A stretch of 59,978 bases of DNA from Eubacteriales bacterium (GCA_045636665.1 JAZTXY010000014.1:1-59978), one strand, 5' to 3'; counted from the stretch's first letter, positions 1 to 9,045 are shown. The notes: generated from the sequence alone by a model not told the origin. Numbers and translations are program-made.

Positions 1-110
1 TCTATTGAATTTTCAAGCAATTCCTTTGCGGCAGACGAAGGGCGCTCGACCACCTCGCCCGCGGCGATAAGGTTGGACGTTTGGGCGTCCAAAATGTTGA
101 TAATTCCCAA
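1..110 (-). CDS. mutL: DNA mismatch repair protein MutL, N-terminal fragment (continues past window start)
   Basis: Reverse translation from TTG at 110 reads (M)[35 protein letters not shown], the canonical MutL ATPase N-terminus. It starts 1 nt after the mutS stop, in mutS-mutL order as in Bacillus. Confidence 0.8.
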   Translation of the reverse strand, partial: MGIINILDAQTSNLIAAGEVVERPSSAAKELLENSI

Positions 111-2675
111 TTATTCAAGCTCCTTTTTAAGCTCGTAAAGAAGTGTTATTGCTTCATACGGTGTAAGAGTGTTAATGTCAACCTGTTTTATTTTTTCGAT
201 AACGCGTGCTTCATTAAGCGCTTCGAAGCTTATATTATCGTTTTCGTCCTTTTTCTTAACAACGGGACGCGATTCGTTTTCGGTAAGCGAAGCAAGCACC
301 TGCTTTGCACGGTTAACCACCGTTTCGGGCACACCGGCAAGATGCGCAACCTCGATACCGTAGCTGTCATCCGCCGCACCCTTGATTATCTTGCGGAGGA
401 AAACAACGTCGTTTCCACGTTTTTTGGCGGCGATGTTGTAATTCACAACGCCGTCCGCTTCACCCTCAAGAGCGGTAAGCTCGTGATAGTGGGTTGCAAA
501 AAGGGTTTTTGCGCCTATCCTTTTCGCAGTGTATTCAACAACGGCACGCGCAATGCTCATACCGTCATAGGTGCTTGTACCTCTGCCTATCTCGTCATAG
601 ATGATAAGGCTGTTTTTGGTAGCGTTTTTAAGAATGTCGGCAACCTCGTTCATTTCGAGCATAAAGGTCGAATTGCCGCTTGCGAGATCGTCGGATGCGC
701 CGACACGGGTAAATACTCGGTCGCAAATACCGATTCTTGCTTCGGTCGCAGGGACAAAGCAGCCTGCTTGGGCAAGTATAACGCAAAGCGCGACTTGACG
801 CATATAGGTCGATTTACCTGCCATATTCGGTCCCGTGATAAGAAGCATTCGGTTTGCCGTGCAATCAAGCAGGCAATCGTTGGGAACGAAATAATTTCCG
901 TCAAGGAAGCGCTCGACCACAGGATGTCGGCTGTTTTTGAGAATTATTTTATCGGAGCGGTCTATTTCGGGACAAACGTATCCCTGCTCACGCGCGATTT
1001 CGGCGTTAGAGCAATAAACGTCCAATTCCGCCAAAGCGTTGGCGGCGCTTTTTATTTTATCAAGTGATTCAAGAACGTGCTCACGCAGAGCAACGAAGAT
1101 TTCATATTCAAGTGCGTAAAGGCGATCTCTTGCGCCGATAACACGGCTTTCGGTCTCCTTAAGCTCGGGGGTAACGTAACGCTCGCCGTTTGCGAGGGTT
1201 TGACGGCGGATGTAGGTTTCGGGCACCTGCGAAATAAAGGACTTCGAAACCTCGATATAATAACCGAAAACTCGGTTGTATCCGACCTTTAAGGTCTTGA
1301 TTCCCGTCTTTTCGCGCTCGTATTCTTCGATTTTCGCAATCCACGCCTTGCCGTTTGTAACCATATCGCAAAGCTCGTCAACCGCTTCGTTACAGCCCTG
1401 CTTGATAATTCCGCCCTCCTTAAGCACTGCCGAGGGCTCCTCGGCGATGGTGCGGAATATCGAATCGGCAAGGTCGGTCAACGGATCGATTTCGGAATCG
1501 ATTCGCTTCAACGGGTTGGATTTTGCGGTAGCCAAAAGCTCCTTGACCTGAGGAAACAGCTTAATTGTGCGTTCAAGCGCTTTAAGATCACGCGCGTTTG
1601 CGGTGCCGTAAACAAGTCGGGTCATCAAGCGCTCGATATCGGTAATATCCTTTAATACGGTTCTTAATTCGTCACGCAAAACTCCGTCGCGGTAAAGCTC
1701 GTTTGCCGCTTCAAGACGCGAGCGTATTGCGTTTTCGTTAACGAGCGGTTTTTCGAGCCATCTGCGCAAAAGACGTGCGCCTGCGCTCGTTTTCGTTCTG
1801 TCGACAGCCCAAAGGAGCGAGCCCTTGCGCTGTTTTGCGCGCATCGATTCCGAAATTTCCAAATTTCTTCTCGATGCCGAATCTATTCCCATAAATTCCT
1901 CGCAGGAATAGAAGTTTATCTTTTGAAGATAAGAAAGGTCGATTTTTTGGGTGCGCTTTATGTAGGCAAGCAATCCGCCTGCGGCACGCAAAGCGTAATC
2001 GCTGTTTGTTTCGGGGGATTCGTTGTAAACGCTTTTAATCGTTTCGATTGCCGAGGTAACGGCAAAATCAAAAAGCTCGCCGTTTGTTATAAGCGTGTTG
2101 AATCTTGCGGTGAAAAGTCCGCTTATCGTGCTTGTGAAATCGGTCGGCACTATCAATTCGCTCGGAGAAAATGCCGCCGCCTCGGAAACGATACGGGCAG
2201 GAATATTTTCGCCCAAAATCTCGGTCGCGCTTATTTCGCCCGTTGAAATATCGGCAAAGGCGATACCGCAACCGAAATCGTCGCAAACCGCGGAAGCGAT
2301 ATAGTTATTCTTCTTTTCGTCAAGATAACCGCCCTCGGTCACCGTACCGGGAGTGATGATTCGCACAACGTCACGCTTAACCAAACCCTTTGCGGTTGCA
2401 GGGTCTTCCATTTGCTCACAAATCGCAACACGGTATCCGCGCGAAACAAGTCTGGCAATATATCCGTCAACGGCGTGATGCGGCACACCGCACATAGGCG
2501 CGCGTTCTTCAAGTCCGCAATCTCTGCCGGTAAGGACAAGATCAAGCTCCTTGGATGCAATTTGAGCATCCTCGAAAAACATCTCGTAAAAGTCACCGAG
2601 ACGGCACATAAGTATGCAATCCTGATGGTTTTGCTTGACCTCAAGATATTGTTTCATAAGCGGCGAAAGAGCCAT
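111..2675 (-). CDS. mutS: DNA mismatch repair protein MutS
   Basis: Mismatch-binding N-terminus MALSPLMKQYLEVK..GDFYEMFF and Walker A GPNMAGKST. Start moved from ORF-track 2780 to ATG 2675, which has GGAGG 8 nt upstream. Confidence 0.95.
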   Translation of the reverse strand: MALSPLMKQYLEVKQNHQDCILMCRLGDFYEMFFEDAQIASKELDLVLTGRDCGLEERAPMCGVPHHAVDGYIARLVSRGYRVAICEQMEDPATAKGLVKRDVVRIITPGTVTEGGYLDEKKNNYIASAVCDDFGCGIAFADISTGEISATEILGENIPARIVSEAAAFSPSELIVPTDFTSTISGLFTARFNTLITNGELFDFAVTSAIETIKSVYNESPETNSDYALRAAGGLLAYIKRTQKIDLSYLQKINFYSCEEFMGIDSASRRNLEISESMRAKQRKGSLLWAVDRTKTSAGARLLRRWLEKPLVNENAIRSRLEAANELYRDGVLRDELRTVLKDITDIERLMTRLVYGTANARDLKALERTIKLFPQVKELLATAKSNPLKRIDSEIDPLTDLADSIFRTIAEEPSAVLKEGGIIKQGCNEAVDELCDMVTNGKAWIAKIEEYEREKTGIKTLKVGYNRVFGYYIEVSKSFISQVPETYIRRQTLANGERYVTPELKETESRVIGARDRLYALEYEIFVALREHVLESLDKIKSAANALAELDVYCSNAEIAREQGYVCPEIDRSDKIILKNSRHPVVERFLDGNYFVPNDCLLDCTANRMLLITGPNMAGKSTYMRQVALCVILAQAGCFVPATEARIGICDRVFTRVGASDDLASGNSTFMLEMNEVADILKNATKNSLIIYDEIGRGTSTYDGMSIARAVVEYTAKRIGAKTLFATHYHELTALEGEADGVVNYNIAAKKRGNDVVFLRKIIKGAADDSYGIEVAHLAGVPETVVNRAKQVLASLTENESRPVVKKKDENDNISFEALNEARVIEKIKQVDINTLTPYEAITLLYELKKELE

Positions 2676-2802
2676 GGAAAAATCCTCCGGATTTTTGAAG
2701 TAATAGGTAAGAGGTAAGAGGTAAGGAAGCTTTTCGTTCCGAAAAGCCTCTGTTTCCGTTTTTACAATTTCAAAATGCAAATTTTATAATAAAATAAACA
2801 TA

Positions 2803-2829
2803 TTTTTCGGCGACATGCGCGTCGAAAAA
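2803..2829. other. Hairpin / inverted repeat (10-bp stem incl. one G-T, 7-nt loop)
   Basis: TTTTTCGGCG-acatgcg-CGTCGAAAAA read directly from sequence. Confidence 0.5.
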
Positions 2830-2838
2830 TATACCTTA

Positions 2839-2898
2839 GAGTGCCGAGAGTTCGGACAAGCGAAACGCGCACGAACTCTGCGCGAGCGCACGGCACTC
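2839..2898. other. Y-shaped nested inverted repeats (two contiguous 8-bp helices plus side hairpins)
   Basis: GAGTGCCG (2839-2846) pairs with CGGCACTC (2891-2898). AGAGTTCG (2847-2854) pairs with CGAACTCT (2872-2879). Inner GCG-aaa-CGC and GCG-cgag-CGC hairpins are also present. Confidence 0.5.
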
Positions 2899-2908
2899 AC
2901 AAAATCCG

Positions 2909-2931
2909 CTTGAAAACAGGGTTTTCAAGCG
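2909..2931 (-). terminator. Possible terminator hairpin of the miaB-ricA transcription unit
   Basis: Perfect GCTTGAAAAC-agg-GTTTTCAAGC. On the minus strand it is followed by GGATTTTGTG, so the U-run is not immediate. Confidence 0.35.
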
Positions 2932-2945
2932 AGAGCGAAGCGACC

Positions 2946-3099
2946 TTAATGACAGCCGCCGCAGGTAGTCGCTACGGTTCATTGATTGCAGAGCGAGGCG
3001 AGTTTGCGCGAAAGCAAGCGCCGCTGTAGAAATCTACTGCAAGCGAAGCTTTCGTGTGAAATCGACCGCTATGCGATTAATGACAGCCGCCGCAGGTAG
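2946..3099. repeat. 23-bp perfect direct repeat pair flanking a 108-bp hairpin-rich segment
   Basis: TTAATGACAGCCGCCGCAGGTAG occurs at 2946-2968 and 3077-3099. The second copy is the last 7 codons plus stop of the ricA-like gene (..TCGGCH*). Confidence 0.85.
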
Positions 3100-3472
3100 A
3101 GCAGTCGTGAGTACAATTTGCCTGTTCGGGCTCGATAGTGAAGCGAACTGCGTCGTTGATTGCAGAAACGATTTCGGAAACGCCTGCTTCAGCTTCGCGC
3201 ATTGCCGCAAGAGTAGCGCTTTCGCTGATGTTATCGTAGCATTCGCGAAGTCTTGCAGAGATAGATTCGATAAGCTGAGTATCGCGTTCGGATTCGGGCT
3301 TTCTGCCTTCGGTTTCAAGAAGGGTTGCCTGAACGTTATATTCGTTGATAAGACGGTTGAGCTCTTCGTCTGCGTCGTAAGCAGCCTTTGCTTCGTTGTA
3401 CTTTTTGAGTTCTTCGCTTGCCGCGAGTGCCTCTTTAAGAGTTTCGATTGCTTTGATCATTGCTTCATTCAT
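3077..3472 (-). CDS. ricA: YmcA/YlbF-family (Com_YlbF) regulator, RicA-like, with C-terminal CX3CX2CX2CH motif
   Basis: 131-aa helical protein directly downstream of miaB, matching B. subtilis ymcB(miaB)-ymcA-(cotE)-mutS-mutL order. C-terminus is CTHDCSTCGGCH. Confidence 0.75.
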   Translation of the reverse strand: MNEAMIKAIETLKEALAASEELKKYNEAKAAYDADEELNRLINEYNVQATLLETEGRKPESERDTQLIESISARLRECYDNISESATLAAMREAEAGVSEIVSAINDAVRFTIEPEQANCTHDCSTCGGCH

Positions 3473-3507
3473 GGTTTTTTATTTCCTTTCAAATTTAATT
3501 ACTTAAT

Positions 3508-4896
3508 TTAGTTTTTTACTTTTCCGTTCAGGGCATAAGCGCCTGCGGTTTCGATCACTACGTCGATAAACTGTCCCTCGGGGATGAATTTATCGTAAGT
3601 AACGATCTTGTTTTGAGTGCTTCTTCCGCAAGGGATTCCGTTTTTGTTCAATCCGTCGGAAAGCACGCGCAGAGTACGCCCGATAAATTTATCGTTAAGC
3701 GCCTGTGCAATATCGTTTTCCATATCCGAAAGTGCCTTAAAGCGAGCGTTGGAAACGTCCTTGGGTATCTGTCCCTCCATATTCGCCGCAACCGTACCGG
3801 GACGGGGAGAATAGATGAAGGTGTAAATCATATCGAACCCAACTTTCTTTACAAGCGACATCGTTTCGGCAAAATCCTCATCGGTTTCGGTCGGGAAGCC
3901 GCAGATTATATCGGTCGTAAGCGATATTTCGGGGTTCTTTTCTTTGATTTTAAGCGCCTTTTCCAAATACTGCTCGCGAGTGTATTTTCGGTTCATCAGC
4001 TTAAGCACTCTGCTCGAGCCCGATTGAACGGGAAGGTGAAAATGCTTTGCGACGTTTTTGTTGTTGGCGATAACCTCGATAAGCTTGTCCGAAGCATCCT
4101 TCGGGTGGCTCGTCATAAAGCGCATACGGTATTCACCGTCAAACGACGCGCATTCCTCCAAAAGCTCGGCAAAATCGCATCCGCCGTTATAGGAATTAAC
4201 GTTTTGTCCCAAAAGGGTTATATCCTTATAGCCCTGCTCGACAAGCGACTTTACCTCGGCAACGACGTCTTCCCTTCTGCGCGAGCGCTCGCGTCCTCTT
4301 GCATAGGGCACGACGCAATAGGTACAGAAATTGTTGCATCCGTACATTACGGGAACCCACGCCTTATAAGAATTTTCACGGCGCACGGGCATACCCTCGC
4401 TTATTATACCGAATTCATCGTGCTTCGATTCGGTAATGAACGAAAAACGCTTTTTCGCGGTAAGCGCGTTTTTGATTATTTCGGGTACTCTGTGATGCAT
4501 ATCGGTACCGAAAACAAAATCAACGTAAGGATAGCTTTTATAAATCTGCTCGCGGCGGTGGGATTGCTGCGCCATACATCCGCAAAGCCCGATTTTTATG
4601 CTTCTGTCGCGTTCTTTTCTGCCCTTGAACTGTCCTGCCTCGGAAAGCGCACGGATTTCGGCATGCTCACGGATAGCGCAGGTGTTGATGATTATCATAT
4701 CGGCTTCATCGGGATTGTCGGTCATTTCGTAACCGCACAGCTCCAATGCGCCCGCTATACGCTCGCTGTCGTTTTCGTTTTGCTGACAGCCAAAGGTTAT
4801 AACACACGCCTTTTTTCCCGAAACCTCGGGAACCAACGAACGCGCGATTTCATATTGGCGGTCGATTTCGGTTTGCGGAATAAAAATATTTTCCAT
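3508..4896 (-). CDS. miaB: tRNA-2-methylthio-N6-dimethylallyladenosine synthase MiaB (radical SAM methylthiotransferase)
   Basis: MTTase N-domain ITFGCQQNENDSE and radical-SAM CNNFCTYC, with a TRAM-like C-terminus. ATG at 4896 overlaps the upstream stop (TAATG). Confidence 0.93.
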   Translation of the reverse strand: MENIFIPQTEIDRQYEIARSLVPEVSGKKACVITFGCQQNENDSERIAGALELCGYEMTDNPDEADMIIINTCAIREHAEIRALSEAGQFKGRKERDRSIKIGLCGCMAQQSHRREQIYKSYPYVDFVFGTDMHHRVPEIIKNALTAKKRFSFITESKHDEFGIISEGMPVRRENSYKAWVPVMYGCNNFCTYCVVPYARGRERSRRREDVVAEVKSLVEQGYKDITLLGQNVNSYNGGCDFAELLEECASFDGEYRMRFMTSHPKDASDKLIEVIANNKNVAKHFHLPVQSGSSRVLKLMNRKYTREQYLEKALKIKEKNPEISLTTDIICGFPTETDEDFAETMSLVKKVGFDMIYTFIYSPRPGTVAANMEGQIPKDVSNARFKALSDMENDIAQALNDKFIGRTLRVLSDGLNKNGIPCGRSTQNKIVTYDKFIPEGQFIDVVIETAGAYALNGKVKN

Positions 4897-5657
4897 TAAA
4901 ATGCCGTTCCTACACATATAAATCTTTCAAAAAGTCCCTTGTTGTCGGCAATCTTTTCGATAGTTACCTTGCCTCTCGATGCGGAAGCGTGGATAAATTC
5001 GCCGTCGCCCAAATACATTGCAACGTGGCCCTTGAAGAAGATAAGGTCGCCCTTTTTCGCTTCTTCAAGCGGAATCGAATGGAGAAGCTCAAACTTGCTT
5101 ACGTCGGCATCGCGCCAAATAAGTAAGCCGTTGAAATAATAAGCGTTAAAGCAAAGTCCCGAGCAGTCTACACCGAAAGCGGTTCTTCCGCCCCAACGGT
5201 ACTGAACGCCCAAATATTCCTTTGCGGATGCAACCAAAGCATCGCGAAGCTCTTCTTCGGTTCTTTTTTCGTCCTTAAGCATCGTTACGTGATTTTTGTG
5301 AACGTAATAAATTCTCTTGCTCGGAAGAACGACAAAGCCGTATCTGTCCTCGGCGTTGGAAAATCCAACGTCAACCTTCGAGCCGCGAGGAAGCGCTATC
5401 GGGGGTTGGAAATAGTTTTTACCCTCGAAAAGAAGGTCGGCAAAGGGAACAGTTACACGGTGATTTGCGTCGTGAAGCTTTTCGAAAAGGTTTTGCTTAA
5501 CTATCCAACCGATATAACCGTATTCGGTCTTGACCTTGCAAAAGCTTCCGTTTTCTTCAAGAATTTCGGCTTCTTCGCCGTAAAGCATTTCATCGACCTG
5601 CTCCGACATCAAGTCGGGATCGGAATAAAGCGGTGCGAAAGGAGTGCATACTACCAT
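4896..5657 (-). CDS. NlpC/P60 (C40) peptidase with N-terminal SH3-like domain, YkfC-like gamma-D-Glu-L-diamino-acid endopeptidase
   Basis: Catalytic Cys context GVDCSGL and His context GHVAMYLGDGEFIHA. No signal peptide. Confidence 0.85.
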   Translation of the reverse strand: MVVCTPFAPLYSDPDLMSEQVDEMLYGEEAEILEENGSFCKVKTEYGYIGWIVKQNLFEKLHDANHRVTVPFADLLFEGKNYFQPPIALPRGSKVDVGFSNAEDRYGFVVLPSKRIYYVHKNHVTMLKDEKRTEEELRDALVASAKEYLGVQYRWGGRTAFGVDCSGLCFNAYYFNGLLIWRDADVSKFELLHSIPLEEAKKGDLIFFKGHVAMYLGDGEFIHASASRGKVTIEKIADNKGLFERFICVGTAF

Positions 5658-5735
5658 AATAAACCTCTTAAAAACAATTTTTGTCAGAATATATAATAAT
5701 CAGCGTGAAAAAATATAACAAAAGGAGTGTTGTAT

Positions 5736-6512
5736 TTGAAAATTTTAAAATTACTTGCCGCGATAATTCTTGTGTTTTCTATAACCTCGTCAAGCTCATC
5801 GGCAATAAACGATACCGAAAAAATAAACTGGTTTTTTAAATCCAAGGGAGAAAACCTTCGTCCCGAAATACCGTTATCCGACGTTTTAAAGGACAGCGAT
5901 GCGCTTTATATCGGTCCCGAGGACGATAAGACGGTCTACCTTACCTTCGATGCGGGCTACGGCAACGAAAACGTCGAAAAAACGCTTGACGTGTTGAAGG
6001 CTCGCGGAATAAAGGCGGCTTTTTTCATTCTGCCCGGCATTATTAAAAACAGCGAAAGCCTTGTGAAGCGAATGGCAGAGGACGGACACACCGTTTGCAA
6101 CCACACCACAACTCACGGAGATATGGCAAAGGTTACGGACATTACCGATTTCAAGAACGAGCTTGACGGTGTAGCCAACCTTTACCGCGAAAGGATAGGC
6201 TGTGAAATGGCAGACTATTTCCGTCCGCCCGAGGGCTCTTTTTCCAAAAAGACGCTTGAGTTTTGCAAGACGCTTAAGGTCACACCCGTTTTTTGGTCGT
6301 TTGCTTATGCCGATTGGGACAACGCAAACCAACCGTCACCCGAAAAGGCAAGGGACAAAATACTTTCATCCGTTCACAACGGAGCGGTTATTCTTTTGCA
6401 CCCCACAAGCAAAACAAACGCCGATATACTCGATGACGTCATATCCGAATTGACCGCACGGGGATATTCCTTCGGCACTCTCGATGAGCTTTACGAAAAG
6501 ACGGCAAAATAA
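5736..6512 (+). CDS. pdaA: Polysaccharide deacetylase family sporulation protein, PdaA-like (delta-lactam de-N-acetylase)
   Basis: NodB motifs TFDAGYG and HTVCNHTTTH, plus an N-terminal signal/anchor. TTG 5736 sits 8 nt after GGAG; the ORF-track GTG 5727 lies inside the RBS. Confidence 0.75.
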   Translation: MKILKLLAAIILVFSITSSSSSAINDTEKINWFFKSKGENLRPEIPLSDVLKDSDALYIGPEDDKTVYLTFDAGYGNENVEKTLDVLKARGIKAAFFILPGIIKNSESLVKRMAEDGHTVCNHTTTHGDMAKVTDITDFKNELDGVANLYRERIGCEMADYFRPPEGSFSKKTLEFCKTLKVTPVFWSFAYADWDNANQPSPEKARDKILSSVHNGAVILLHPTSKTNADILDDVISELTARGYSFGTLDELYEKTAK

Positions 6513-6585
6513 AAATCGTTATTCATTGTATTATACCCCAAAAATGACAATAAATCAATAGAAAGCACACATTATTTTGAAAGAA

Positions 6586-6617
6586 AAGACTGTCAAAACG
6601 ATTGTAATGACAGTCTT
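6586..6617. terminator. Bidirectional terminator between convergent pdaA-like and sigK genes
   Basis: AAGACTGTCA-12 nt-TGACAGTCTT, a 10-bp perfect stem flanked by A-run and T-run. Confidence 0.6.
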
Positions 6618-6623
6618 TCTTCT

Positions 6624-7313
6624 CTATTGTCTTTTTGCGTAATCCTTTATCTTTTCAATAGCGCTTTTTTCGATACGCGAAACGTAGGAGCGCGATATAT
6701 TCAACAGCTCGGCAACGTCGCGCTGGGCATAATGTCTGCCGCTTTTGTTAAGCCCGTAACGAAGCATCATTATCTTCCTTTCGCGGTCGGTAAGCACCGT
6801 TTTTATCGCCTTTGATATCTTTTCAAGCTTGATTTTTCGATCGATCGAATCGACGATATCGTCGGGCGCGGCGATTATCTCGAGATAGGTCAAGGGGTTG
6901 CCGTCCTTATCGACGTCAACGGGGTCGTTTATCGAGGTAACCGACGCGTGCTTCTTTTGTGCGCGGAAGTACATAAGTATTTCATTCTGCAGACATTTTC
7001 CCGCATAGGTCGCAAAGCGCGCTCCGTTTTCGACGTTGAAGCTGTCGATTGCCTTTATGAGTCCTATCGTGCCGACCGAGATAAGGTCGTCCTGATCGGG
7101 ATAGGTCATATAATATTTTTTCACGATATGCGCCACGAGCCGAAGATTGTGCTCGATCAATTTGTTTCGCGCTGCCGCATCTCCGCTGTGCGCGCGGACA
7201 AAAAGCGAATACTCCTCCTCCTTTGAAAGGGGCGGCGGAAATGAATGGGTGTCGCTCGTACGGAGCAAAAGGCAAAAGCATTTCGAAACCATATTCAGCA
7301 AAAACGTTAACAA
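6624..7313 (-). CDS. sigK: RNA polymerase sporulation sigma factor SigK (pro-sigma-K), uninterrupted
   Basis: LIEHNLRLVAHIVKK and ISRSYVSRIEK are identical to B. subtilis SigK. Pro-sequence ends ..SFPPPLSKEEE. TTG 7313 is 9 nt after GGAGG. Confidence 0.85.
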   Translation of the reverse strand: MLTFLLNMVSKCFCLLLRTSDTHSFPPPLSKEEEYSLFVRAHSGDAAARNKLIEHNLRLVAHIVKKYYMTYPDQDDLISVGTIGLIKAIDSFNVENGARFATYAGKCLQNEILMYFRAQKKHASVTSINDPVDVDKDGNPLTYLEIIAAPDDIVDSIDRKIKLEKISKAIKTVLTDRERKIMMLRYGLNKSGRHYAQRDVAELLNISRSYVSRIEKSAIEKIKDYAKRQ

Positions 7314-7330
7314 TATTATCACCTCCGAAA

Positions 7331-7357
7331 ATAATATGCGAAAATAAGAAGAAATAT
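7331..7357 (-). promoter_or_regulatory. Sigma-E-type sporulation promoter candidate for sigK
   Basis: Minus strand reads ATATT-14 nt-CATATTAT, resembling the sigma-E consensus (ATATT-14-CATACAnT). Confidence 0.35.
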
Positions 7358-7435
7358 TTCCGAAAAAGGGGTGGAAATGCTAAAGCAAATCTGCTAAAAT
7401 AAAGCATACTTTCATATTTTCGGAGGAAAAATTTT

Positions 7436-9040
7436 ATGGAACGTTGGCACAAGGAAGCGATAGTTTATCAAATATATCCCAAAAGCTTTATGGATACAAA
7501 CGGCGACGGCATCGGCGATATACGCGGTATAATCAACAAGCTCGACTATATTAAGGACCTCGGCGTTAATGCGGTTTGGCTTTCGCCCTGTTATCCCTCG
7601 CCCGGCGATGACAACGGCTATGATATTTCGGATTACCGAGGAATCGCGCCCGAATACGGCACGCTTGACGATTTCAAGGAAATGCTTAACGGTATGCATT
7701 CGCGCGGAATCAAGCTTTTGATGGACCTTGTCGTTAACCATACCTCCGACGAGCACGAATGGTTTGTTGAAAGCCGCAAGAGCCGCGATAATCCTTACCG
7801 CGATTATTATATCTGGCGCGACCCCGTTGACGGTCACGCGCCCAACGAATGGGTTGCCGCCTTCGGCGGAAGCGCTTGGGAATTTGACGAAGCGACGGGA
7901 CAGTATTATCTCCACCTTTTCTCGAAAAAGCAACCCGACCTTAACTGGGAAAACCCGAAGGTGCGCCAAGAGATTGCCGATATGATAAATTATTGGCTCG
8001 ATATGGGCGTCGACGGATTCCGTTGCGACGTTATAAACAACATCTCGAAGGATTTCACACGTCCCTATGCAGGCGGAAACGGACCGAGATTGCACGAATT
8101 TCTGCACGAGCTTCATGTCCGCGCGCTTGAACCGCACAAGGCGCTTACAGTTGGCGAAACTTGGGGTCTTACTCCTGCGCAGGCGCTTGACCTTACGGGC
8201 GAAAAGCGCGGTGAATTAACAATGACCTTCCAATTCGAGCATCTTTTGCTCGGCAGAGTGAACGGCGATAAATTCGACCCCGAGCCCTTAGACAAAAAGG
8301 CATTTGTCGATATTCTTGCGAAATGGGAAATCGGTCTTAAGGACGACAGCTATCCCGTTCTCGTTATGGAAAACCACGACCAGCCGCGCGCACTTTCGCG
8401 CTTCGGCGACCTTAAATTCCCTTATGAAAGCGCAACGATGCTTGCTTCTATGCTTTACGGTATGCGCGGTGTCGGATTTATTTATCAGGGTCAGGAATTG
8501 GGACTTCACGACCCGACCTTTAATTCGATGGACGAATACCGCGACATTGAAACGCTTAACGCCTATAAAGAGCTTAAGGAAAGCGGAAAATTCACCGAAA
8601 GCGAGCTTTTGGCGAAGATGCAATACGGCTCACGCGATTGTGGAAGAACCCCCATTCCTTGGACGGTCGGAGAAAACGGCGGATTTACAAGCGGCACGCC
8701 TTGGATAAAAACGCAGATTGATAAGGGCTTTACGGTCGAGGAGCAGGATAACGACGAAAATTCGGTGCTCAATTTCTACCGCAAAACGTTAAAGCTCCGC
8801 GCAAGCGACGCCTGCCTTAAGGACGGCGAATTCAATCTTTTGCTTAACGAAAACGATACAAGCGTTTACACCCGTACGCTCGGCGATGAAAAAATATTCG
8901 TCGTTTGCCGTTTTGCCGACAGCGAAGCGAAGATGCCCGAATGCATTCCCGACGGCTGCGAAGTGATTTTGAACAACTATAAAGAGGTTTGTGAAGCCTT
9001 AAAGCCCTACCAAGCAATTTGGTTTAAAAAGAAAATATAA
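7436..9040 (+). CDS. GH13 alpha-glucosidase / oligo-1,6-glucosidase family
   Basis: WHKEAIVYQIYPKSF.DTNGDGIGD, DLVVNHTSDEH, GVDGFRCDV and ENHDQPR conserved regions. Confidence 0.9.
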   Translation: MERWHKEAIVYQIYPKSFMDTNGDGIGDIRGIINKLDYIKDLGVNAVWLSPCYPSPGDDNGYDISDYRGIAPEYGTLDDFKEMLNGMHSRGIKLLMDLVVNHTSDEHEWFVESRKSRDNPYRDYYIWRDPVDGHAPNEWVAAFGGSAWEFDEATGQYYLHLFSKKQPDLNWENPKVRQEIADMINYWLDMGVDGFRCDVINNISKDFTRPYAGGNGPRLHEFLHELHVRALEPHKALTVGETWGLTPAQALDLTGEKRGELTMTFQFEHLLLGRVNGDKFDPEPLDKKAFVDILAKWEIGLKDDSYPVLVMENHDQPRALSRFGDLKFPYESATMLASMLYGMRGVGFIYQGQELGLHDPTFNSMDEYRDIETLNAYKELKESGKFTESELLAKMQYGSRDCGRTPIPWTVGENGGFTSGTPWIKTQIDKGFTVEEQDNDENSVLNFYRKTLKLRASDACLKDGEFNLLLNENDTSVYTRTLGDEKIFVVCRFADSEAKMPECIPDGCEVILNNYKEVCEALKPYQAIWFKKKI

Positions 9041-9045
9041 CAAAA

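Noticed and set aside
2841-3318. ORFs 2841-3029 (+, 62 aa) and 3034-3318 (-, 94 aa) / 3056-3511 (+, 151 aa)
   Set aside because: The first lies entirely in the hairpin-rich spacer and has no RBS. The others are out-of-frame or antisense overlaps of the ricA-like gene.
81-4899. Plus-strand ORFs 81-1067 (328 aa) and 3613-4899 (428 aa)
   Set aside because: They are antisense to mutS and miaB respectively. They have no motifs and no RBS.
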